Assembly (NCBI RefSeq): GCF_009914755.1
Contig: NC_060929.1
Length of the DNA stretch: 64,000 bases
Reading direction: 5' to 3' (one strand)
From: the human T2T-CHM13v2.0 reference genome, Homo sapiens
Part shown: piece after piece, positions 54,203 to 64,000 of the stretch
Layout of the letters: each line of letters opens with the position of its first letter
Numbering within the stretch: the stretch's first letter is position 1
Notes under the pieces: model-generated
What the model saw: the letters and a program-made list of their open reading frames with translations, nothing else
What the model was told of the DNA's origin: nothing
Databases searched by the model: none
Translations under genes and position numbers: made by a program

Positions 54203-54205
<3 letters not shown>

Positions 54206-54858
54206 GTTTTGGTTTTTTTTTTATTATTAAGATCTTGGAAATTGCATAACAGTTATGTTAATGTCTATACAGTTTTCCTAAAAAAAGATGGAACTTTTTT
54301 GGTGAAGAATGAGATTACAGAGGAAACCTTAATAACTTTCCTCAAAGTCTTAGAAATACCATGGTTTTTGGACCCAGACCTGGATAAGAATAAGGCCCAT
54401 TCACCCACTCATTTCTGATCTCGAGCAGGTTACTTGACTTCTCCCAGGCTCAGTTTCTTTGTCTGTAAAATGGGTATTAGAGTATCCATCTGCCAGAGGG
54501 AGAGAAACATCCTAAAGAAGTACTTTTGAAAACGATTGCAATCAAGGTAAGTTAAAGAACAAGCATGGCAGAGATGAAGGTGGGACCCATATTCAACTCT
54601 CTGTCTTCTAACTGCAGCAGGTACATGTTTGTCCTGAGCAGAGAGAGCTCCTGTAGTCACTCTGATTTAGTGACTCAGCAGAAGAGATACTGGAGAGAGA
54701 GAGATTGAGAGTTCAGAGTTTACAAGCTTATAAGCTCTATGAACTTGCGTAAGACACAAGATCTCTCTAAGCCTCAAGTTTTTCATCTATAAAAGTGAAA
54801 AAAAAAGGACTTGCTTCATAGGGTGATTATAAAGATTTCATCATATGTTTAAAGTTCT

Positions 54859-55194
<336 letters not shown>

Positions 55195-56209
55195 TTACTC
55201 CCAGTAGGTACTCAACATATACATTTTGCTTTTTGGGTGGCTGGCCAAGTCGGAAGCAGGTATTTGTGAAAAATCCACATCTCCTGTTGCCCATGTTTAT
55301 TGTTATTAATATGGATTCAAATTTCTTGCTTAACAGATTTATTCATCCAAATTATACTGATTTTGTTTGCATCATTCAGGCAAAAGCAAACTCTAATTGG
55401 CTTCCCTATAGCATAGCCCAGAAAAATCAAACCAGCTTGGTGCTCTCTTCTACAATAAGCGGCAATCCTTCTGTAAGTCATCTCATTAGCTCCCCTGTGA
55501 TATTTATGAAGCCTGGGATTTGCTAATGATCTTAAATGGGGTTAGAATCTTTAGTGTGTGTTGAAGAAGGGAGTAGTGGAGAGAATCAGAAGACCTTAAG
55601 AGACCTTAAATGCAAATCTTTACTGAACTATTTTTTGTTTATCAGTTACCCAGTGGGGTGTCTGACAAATACAGTATGGGGTCTTATTCCCTATCATCTG
55701 TGTGATGGGGTACCATCTGGGCTCAGAGAAAAAGACATAGTCTATAAGATTTGGCTGAACTAATTAGTCAATGAATAAATTATCAAAACCGACAAATGCA
55801 GTTCAAACCAGAAGTGACCACGAGTTTTAAAATTTTTATCAGCTCAGCTGAGTCTCTGCAAAAAAAATTCATTTCTAAAGAAATGCATACCACAGGACTG
55901 GGCACATGTCCCTTTTCTCCATCAAAGAAACAAAACACTCCTTCTTCTCTTCCTAAATACTGATTGCTGCATTGAAATGAAAAGCAAGATACAGAAAGAC
56001 ATCTAAGTTTCCTAAGCTAAATGGGGGGCACATTAGGTCAATTTAAACCAATATCCCTTTTCTAATGTGTTCTTCCAACAGATGCCTTTGTAAACTCTCC
56101 AAGGCACAGATCTGAGTAAATTTCCTGCTCAGAAAACATAGATGGTTTTCTTTTATTAATATACATAGCCTAGTGTCAAATGACCTTCATAATCAATCAT
56201 AAGAAAGAT

Positions 56210-56430
56210 GGCTAGTCCTAATTGAGTGCTGTGTATCAGATACTTTGCTCAATGTTTTCATGATTAAATTATTTAATTCTTGGAACAAAACTGTGAGTTA
56301 GGCATTATAGTGTTCCCTGTTCTACCTATGAGACAACGAGGTTTCGTGAGATTAAGTAATTTGTTCGATGTTATGTAGCTAGTATATGTTGGAGTAAGAA
56401 GTTGAATCTAGAAATTTTGTGTTCACTCTA
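56210..56430 (-). mobile_element. MIR
   Basis: TTATTTAATTCTT..CTGTGAGTTAGGCATTAT..GATTAAGTAATTTGTTC. Confidence 0.6.
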
Positions 56431-56433
56431 TCT

Positions 56434-56709
56434 CAGAGGTCAGCGATAGATTTTACACGTCTAAATAATTGGAAAAGTCAAATTGAGAGCAATATTTTAT
56501 GGTTTGTAGAAATTACATGAAATTCATATTTCAGTGTCCATCAGTGCAGTTTTATTGGAACATGGCCACACTTACTTGTTTTCGTATTGTCTATGGCTGA
56601 TTCTGTGTTACAGTGGCATAGCTGAGTAGTTGTGACAGAAATCACCTGGCCCGCAAAGCTGAAAATATTTACAGTCTGGCCCTTGACAGAAAAAGTTTGG
56701 GGATTACTG
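56434..56709. mobile_element. MER58B-like hAT-Charlie MITE
   Basis: TTTATTGGAACATGGCCACAC..GTAGTTGTGACAGA..GCCCGCAAAGCTGAAAATATTTAC..CAGAAAAAGTTTG. Confidence 0.8.
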
Positions 56710-56889
56710 ATAGATCATAACCCATGTATAATACCACCTCCTATCATGTTACAGCCTTTCTAATTTGGAAGCATGTCCACATACCTTTCTTTACATCCTT
56801 CCTTCTTCCCATGCATGCGCCTGGAATAAAATGTAATGGCAACTCAACTTGTGGAATGTCTCATGCTTTCTAAACCCAGGTCTGATATC

Positions 56890-57510
56890 ATTCAGTTTAG
56901 TTTTGAAAATTTTTATTGCAAGCAATAGAAAACTTGACTCAAATTGGATGTTTGCAAAAAGAGAATCTATTAGCTTGTGTAAGAAACATCTACGAGTTTA
57001 TCTCAGTTAAGACACAGCTTCATCCAGGACATAAACAATATTATCAGAACCTGTGTCTCTACTCCGTTCTTTGAATTAATCCAGTTCTCAATGTCTGTAT
57101 AATTTATGCTCCCCCTACCTGCTTTGTCTAGTGTTTCTCTCCAGACCTTCTGCTTCATACCACCTAGCCTAGAAATAGTCAAGAGAGTCTCTGTCTTGCC
57201 TTCACAAAAAGACTGAGTCTCACAATAATTGAACTGTCTTAGGTCCTATGTCCTGATGTCCTCAACCTAATGTCTACGGCGAGGAGAAGGAATTACACTG
57301 ATTGGCTCAGAAGCGGTTAAACCCGTCCCTGAACTTTCACTATGGATAAAGAGATGGGGTTCCCTGATTAGTTTAAATCCATTAATATCCACCCCTAAAG
57401 TTAGGGGTTGGATGAGCACCATACCAATCAAATGGATGGGAAATTTCAGATATGATTAAGAAGGAGGCATGTGAGAATTGTTGCTAGGAAGGACACAACA
57501 AATGTCTGTA
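56890..57510 (-). mobile_element. old MLT1 (J/K-like) LTR
   Basis: TTGCAAGCAATAGAAAAC..CACAGCTTCATCCAGG..CTGATTGGC. Confidence 0.55.
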
Positions 57511-58059
57511 CATCTCTCTTCCCCAAAGACTTCCAGGCCCCTGTATACCTGAGCTTGCTCCTGGCAGAATTTATCTTCCTTTATTTTGTACTCCCCCAGC
57601 CTTTCCCACTTGATGACTTGAATTATGCCAAGCTGTATATATTCCCTCTCTCAACAACTGCTACCACTTGATACTCTTCAAATAGTTGGAGTCTGTTATA
57701 ATTATTGATTCCTGTGCTGAAGGCAGGAAACCCTCTCACCTAAAAATCCTCCTTTAAAGAATCCTTACCTGGTTTTAAAAGCATGTTTTGTTGACCCTTT
57801 TAGGAATTGCATGTGAGCTGGGAGGCTCCTTTAATGTACTGCTCACTTCTCCCAAACACAGTCTTTGAACTTCATAGGATGGTCAGGGCCAGGAGCAGAG
57901 TTGAGGACAGTGAGAGGGTCAGAGACACAGGAGAAATCAGGAACATCTCTTTCACACTCCAAACACAAGATGCGGATTTCACATTTTAGCATGATGAATT
58001 TGACACAGCTGTGTCAAATGCTGCACCATAAATTTTTTCTCACATCAAAGTAGCAAGAT

Positions 58060-58540
58060 CAAAATATCTGCCATATTCACTGAAAGACATATACAGGATC
58101 ATTATAGCTGCACTCTTCCTGATAGCCCACAGCTGGAAATATCACAGGCAACCATCAAGACTGAGTGGACAAATCATGGCACATTCACATAATGGAACTC
58201 TGTAAATCCATGAGAAGCGACAATATGTAACTAGACCCAATGATGTGGTTAAATCTCAAAAATATGATGTTGGCCCAAAGAATTCAGACAGTAGAATGTA
58301 TTATGTGATTTCATTTATATAAAATAAAAAACTACCCTGTGATGCTAAGAGTCAAGAAAGTGGTTATCCTAAAAGGGTAGGAAGGAAACTTTTGGATGCA
58401 GTTAATGTTATTTTTTGTGCATGCCTAATTATTGGTCACATAGGTGTGCTCATGTGAAAATTCATCAAGATGTAAATTTATAATATGTGCACTTTTCTGT
58501 ATGTATATTTTGATATAATATTGAAATGGAAAAAAAAATA
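58060..58540 (+). mobile_element. L1ME-type 3' region
   Basis: CATTCACATAATGGAA..AAATCTCAAAAATATGATGTTG..GTGAAAATTCATCAAG..ATGTGCACTTTTCTGTATG. Confidence 0.75.
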
Positions 58541-60175
58541 AAAGTGGAGATAGGCTATGTCAAATGCCTAACTGTGCTCTTGCTTTTCTCCATATCTCTG
58601 AGGTGGGGTGGTGCTCTGAACTGAATGATACATTTGGGTTAGGGTCTGACCTGCCTGGATATAGCATGGATTGGGATCCTTTCTATAGAGGGAATAGAAT
58701 GAGGTCTTCAGCTTACACAAGGCACAGGCCTTAGTTGAGCTAACCAGCAATGGTTAATGTACTAATGAACCCATATGTCCTCTGACCACAAATCAGAACA
58801 GTCTGTGACTTGATCTTTGACTGGATTCTCAGCCTCACCCTGGTGCTGCTACTTTAGCTGCCAGAGGTTCTTTCACAGGATGAAAGGGCTTATCTAACAT
58901 CCTAAAGTTAATCTTTTCTTGTCTCCTTGATGGTAAAGAAAGAATAAACAGGTGTTCATTGTGTACCACTCTTTCTTCTTTGGGCTAATTGCCTCTGATC
59001 TTGGGGTGTATAGATTCATAAAATTTGTGCTGGAGTTTCATCTTTCAAAGAGAAAGACACAAGTAATTGGGTAGCAGTGCTTCTGAGAGTTTTCAAAAAC
59101 CCCAAGGAGGAAGATGCTGACTTATATTGTTAAGGTCACTTTCATTCCCTTATTGTGAGTACTACTGACATGCATTATACTGCGTCAAAGTGGATGTTTT
59201 CCTGCTCCTGAGGAATTTTTTTTTTAATGTGACTGAATTTGCCTATTAATGCTTTATGTTAGTTGGCCTTTAGGTGTGGTGTTCCTATTCCTGTCTTTGA
59301 ACAGGTCATTTCCTCCTAGCTCTTCCTCATTTTCTTGGTCACATTATAAATGTCCTCCACTTGTCAATGTCTGCCTTGGTCTTGCTGGTCCAAAAGACGT
59401 ACCCTGTTTGAAAATGTGGTTGCTGTGATGCTGAAAACAGTCATGGGGAGGGCTGCTTGCATTCTGGTGTTTGGTATTTCACTTCTGTTTGCATCCTGGC
59501 GCTGTAATGAAATATCATGTCGAGTTCCCATAGGGCTGATAAGCCACCGTCAGCCCCTAAAGATAGCTCTGCCTGTGCATTACTGCTTTCCAAGAAAATC
59601 CCTGTCATTATGCAAAATGTTATGCACTTCCTTTCAAACCTAGTCATTTGCATTTTTTGCCTTTGAAAAGGCAAATTTGCTTTGAAAAGTGTAATGAAAT
59701 GTGCCCAGATGAAAAATGGGCCCTGAGGATGGCTGGTGCCAGCATGGGGCTTTAATTAAATGATTAGATGGCAATTTGATATGACCAGCTTTTGAACTGC
59801 ATCATGTTATCATTTAGCTTTGGGTGGGGAAATGCAGCTCGACCTTTAGAAATACTGAAAGATAATATGAACTTTGCTTTCAACCACCACAGAAATATGC
59901 ACAGAAAGGCTTTTTTTAATTCTGTGTTCATTTTTCGCTGACCTCACTCGCCCAGTTATCAAGCCTCCTCATGCTTACTCTTCCTGAGCAAGCCATGTTC
60001 TTTCATGCTTCCATGATTTTAGCCGTCTGTTCCTTTTGCCTGGAGTTCCCTTTTTACTTCCTGCCTTTTTAGGGATCCTTATTGTTTCTTGAAAGCACAA
60101 TTTACTTAATACCCTCCTCTGTTTATTGAAGTTCTTAATTTCCCTAGACTGGGAGCTAGTTGAGCTCTCCAATAT

Positions 60176-60350
60176 CAAGAGACCTGCAAACTATAGCCTG
60201 TCTGTCTCCTGTTTTGGTAAGTAAAGTCTTACAGGAACATGATTGTACTCATTCATCTACACATTGTCTATCTCTGTTTCTGCTTTATTATGGCACAGTT
60301 GAATAGCTGCAACAGAAACCATGGCCTGCAAAGCCTGGAAAAGTTTGGGC
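60176..60350. mobile_element. MER58A-like MITE
   Basis: GCAAACTATAGCC..TAAAGTCTTACAGGAACA..GCAACAGAAACCATGGCCTGCAAAGCC. Confidence 0.7.
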
Positions 60351-61547
60351 AGATAAGCCGTTCATTCAATCAGTCATCACCTGCTGGTGCCTGCAAGCTC
60401 CATGAGGCCAGTAACTTTTGGTTTTACTCACCACTGACTCACTAGCATCAAACACAAGTCTGACACAAAGAAGCTACTTAGAAAGTACCAATTGTATATT
60501 GCAGTTGTGAGAATTCAGTGAGCTGATGGAGCTGTGATGTCTGTTAAGTGCTTTGTGCAAATTAGGCACTTAGTGAAAACTTGTTTGCTTTCAATTAAAG
60601 ACCTCAGAGTTCCTTCCCTCCGACCTAGGCAACTAGGTCATCTTGTATTTCCTCCAACAAATTCATTTTCTTCGTGTCTGCCAGACTTAATATTAATTTT
60701 TCAGTTGTGCGTTAAAATATCCAATTTATCCTAAAGTTTAACCTAAAGATCTCTGCTCATTATTTTTACCTAATACCTACTGAGAATTTAATGTGTCCCA
60801 CAGAGTGTGCTCAGAGCTTTACATCCGCTGCCTCACTGACTAGCTGGTGCCCCCATTCGGAGACAGATATTTTTATTATTTCGTAGCAGAAATGGAGGCA
60901 TATTTAGGCTAAGAAAATAGACCAATTTCACAATTCCTGTCAAACTAAGACCAAAAATCTTGTCTATTGACTTCTAAAACTTGACTCTTCTCCATCATAT
61001 GATCTAAAGACCTTCTGTACTGTTTTTCTATTTGTAAAAGAAAACAAAGCATTATTTCAAAGAGCGTTTGAAAGTATCCTTGTCTCATCAGTAATTATAG
61101 ACAGGTTTCTGTGCAAGTTTCCCTATTGCTTCTTGAACTTTGACTCCTGAAGAAAAGGCACGCTTTTGCTTCTTAGGTCATAAATTCGCTTTCGACTGAA
61201 TTAATTGCAGAAGTATGCACACTTCACACAAAGCAGCACATACACACGGAGTGTGCAGTAGCTAAACTGATGAGACATGAATCAATAAAAACAAAAATTA
61301 AATTAATACTGCAACAGCAACTTGAATCCATTTGATTAGCGATCTGGGCATGGGGTTAAAGCAATTCTTAGCACCCCATCTGTACAACAAGGATAAAAAC
61401 TATCATTATGGGCAGCTTATGGGGTTCTTTTTTTTTTTTTTTTGGGTTAAATGACTAGAATATAAAACTTGCAAGGCATGGCTTTTTTGTCTGTTCTTTT
61501 GATAGAGGTAGCCCCAGGACCTAGAGTAGTGTCTTTACCAACTTTGT

Positions 61548-62126
61548 TCTATCAGTAAAGGTTTTCCAGAGAAAGAGAACTAACAGGATATGCTTTACCA
61601 GAGAAAGAGAACTAACAGGATGTATGTATATCCAGGAAGAGCCTTACTATGAAGAATTGGCTCATGCGATTATGCACAGTGACAGATTCCAAGATCTGCA
61701 GTCAGCAAGCTGCTGGTCTACGAGAGAGCTCATGTGTAGTTCCAGTATAAGTGCAAGTGCCTGAGAGCCAGAAGAGCCAATGGTGCAAGTTGCAGTCTGA
61801 AAGCAGACAGGCTCGAGACCCAAGCAGAGCCAGTGTTTTAGTTTGAGTCTGAAAACTGGCAAAGACCAGTGTCTTGCTCAAGCTGCCAGGAAGGAGGCGT
61901 TCCATCCTACTTGCAGGAGGGTCAGCCTTTTTGTTCCATTCAGATCTTCAATTGATTGGATGAGGCCTACTTGTGTCAGGGAGGGTAGTCTGCTTTTCTC
62001 AGTCTACTGATTCAGAAGTTAATCTTATCCAGGAATACCCTCACAGACACTCTCAGAAGAATGTTTGATCAAATGTCTAGGCACCATGTGGCCCGGTCAA
62101 ATTGACACACAAAATTAACCATGACA
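61548..62126 (-). mobile_element. MLT2B-like ERVL solo LTR inserted in an L2 end
   Basis: GAATTGGCTCATGCGATTATG..CAAGATCTGCAGTCAGCAAGC..GGCCCGGTCAAATTGACACACAAAATTAACCATGACA. Confidence 0.85.
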
Positions 62127-63377
62127 CACTCCGTAAGTATTTGATGATTTAGTAAGTAAATGAATTCAATAAATTTGAAGTATTTAGAATAGTGGCTGGA
62201 CTAGAGTAAGTGCTAAATAAATATTATTATGAATTTTCCCAAAGCTATTTGAAGTATTCTGGAACTAGGGTTGGCTTATAGTTAATCATATACAACACAG
62301 CATGAAATAGTTCAGATTTGGGCATTTGACAGGAGCCTTTCAGTTCTAATGTTATCTATGCAAACACTTGATTGCAGGCTATATTGGAGACACTTTTATC
62401 TTTCTCATTTTTCTTTGTGAAAAATAATTACCTAACATATTATTGGAACTCTCATATGTGATGATAGTTGATGCCAAAATTGATTTAGAGTCAAGTATTT
62501 CTGTTGCGTGTTTGTGTGTGGGTTGTGTGGACACACACATGAGCATGTTGCCTGTATAGTTTATAGATCTGCCATTACTCTGATATACCAATACTTTGGT
62601 ATTTGTGAGTCAAAATAGTTGTTAGAGTAACAGATTATGAACAGAAAAACAAAGATACGTCAACTAATAGTTGCCTCTTAATGATTCATTATTTACTTAG
62701 CCCTGTAAAGAAACTGAGGGCACGAGAAAAGAAAATTTAACATAGTCCCTACCCTCAAACAGCTTACTGAGTTAGCCCTAAAGTAAAACCGTAGGGACTT
62801 AAATGTAAAGTGTGTAAGATTGGCGATGAGCACAAATGTAATTCAAAGGAGAAGGAGTCAGTATTACTTGTAATAGGTGGAGGAGGCAGACATTGAAATA
62901 ATTGCATTGCCACTCTAAAAATTTAGATTTCTTTTTTCAGTATCCCACTGAAATTGCTTTCTTGCTCTTCTTGTTTTTTTTTTTTTTTTCCACCTCTCCC
63001 ACCTGTCACAGCTTCCAAGTTCTCTCTGGTTCATCTGGGGTGGGCGTGCCTCTGGCTGAAGTATTCGTGCTCATGATTTAGACCCTTCCTGCTGTTTCTG
63101 GTAAATCACAGATATTACTAGCTTGCAAGAGGTGATTTTATTGACCTGGCAGCTGGCTTGTACAAAACTAGATTATTTTTGAAGTTAGGAGCATTTGTGA
63201 CCAATGGAACACTGAGTTTTAAAAAATCAGAATAGATGTAATCAACTCTGAGGAGAAGAAATCAAAATTACAAATGCAGGGAGATTCTTCTCTGACGGAT
63301 GATGGCTGCTCATACCTTGAGCTTGGGTAGATAATGTAGGCGCTGGCATTTATTTTCATCGTCCTGAGGATACTTAC

Positions 63378-63812
63378 TCTATTAGTCTCATAGGGCTGCC
63401 ATAACAAATTACCACAAACTTGGTGTTTTCAAGCAACACAAATTTATTCTTCCATAGTTCTGGAGGCCAGAAATCGAAAGTCAAGGCGTCAGCAGGGCCG
63501 TGCTCCCTTGGAAGGTTTTAGAGAATCCATCCTTGGCTCTTTCAGCTTGTGGTGGCACCAGGCATTCAACATCACTGCAGCCTCTACCTCCACCTTCACA
63601 TGGCCTTCATTGTGTGTGTCTTCTCTTCTTTTTATAAGGACCTTTTTGTTGGACTCAGGGCCCCCCCCCCGGTTAATCCAGGATGATCTAATCTCGAGAT
63701 CCTTTACTTAGTTATGTCTGCAAAGATCCTTTTTCCCAATAAGGTCACATTTATAGGTACCGAGGGTTGGAACTGGATACATCTTTTTGGGGCTACAATT
63801 CAACCCACTTCA
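63378..63812 (-). mobile_element. MLT1B-like MaLR solo LTR
   Basis: TATTAGTCTCATAGGGCTGCCATAACAAATTACCAC...AATTCAACCCACTTCA; perfect TSD CTTAC. Confidence 0.88.
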
Positions 63813-63889
63813 CTTACCTTCCCTGCTTCTTGGTTCATTCAGACCCTGGGAAGGGCTGCAGTGTTGCTATCACAGTATGTATGGGGAAA

Positions 63890-64000
63890 ATAGATCAATA
63901 AAGGTGACAGAGGGTGATAGGAGTGCAGAAGTGATGCGGTTTTGAATAAGGTGCTCAAGGAAGACTTCACTGAGAATGACATTTGATGAAGATCTGAAGG
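63890..64000 (-). mobile_element. L2 fragment
   Basis: TCAAGGAAGACTTCACTGAGAATGACATTTGA..GATCTGAAGG. Confidence 0.55.

Overview
This is primate genomic DNA, probably human or great ape (it carries Alu J/S elements and an L1PA2-type insertion). It is AT-rich, CpG-depleted and reads as intronic or intergenic. I recognise no protein-coding gene, structural RNA gene or CRISPR array. The only ORFs with a recognisable product are broken pieces of a Tigger1 (pogo/CENP-B-like) transposase. Much of the window is transposon fossils: Alus, L1/L2/L3/MIR fragments, MaLR/ERVL/ERV1 solo LTRs (several with intact TSDs) and Tigger/Charlie DNA transposons, often nested. Repeat family names come from my recall of consensus sequences, and boundaries of old elements are approximate. 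I find no evidence for a new multi-gene system. The most unusual direct signals are three short templated copy events: a 39-bp inverted copy of unique DNA inserted inside an AluJ, a 42-bp direct copy about 1 kb from its partner, and a perfect 53-bp tandem duplication with a fold-back junction. There are also candidate minus-strand exons, an inverted Alu trio and several repeat-free blocks with developmental TF motif clusters.
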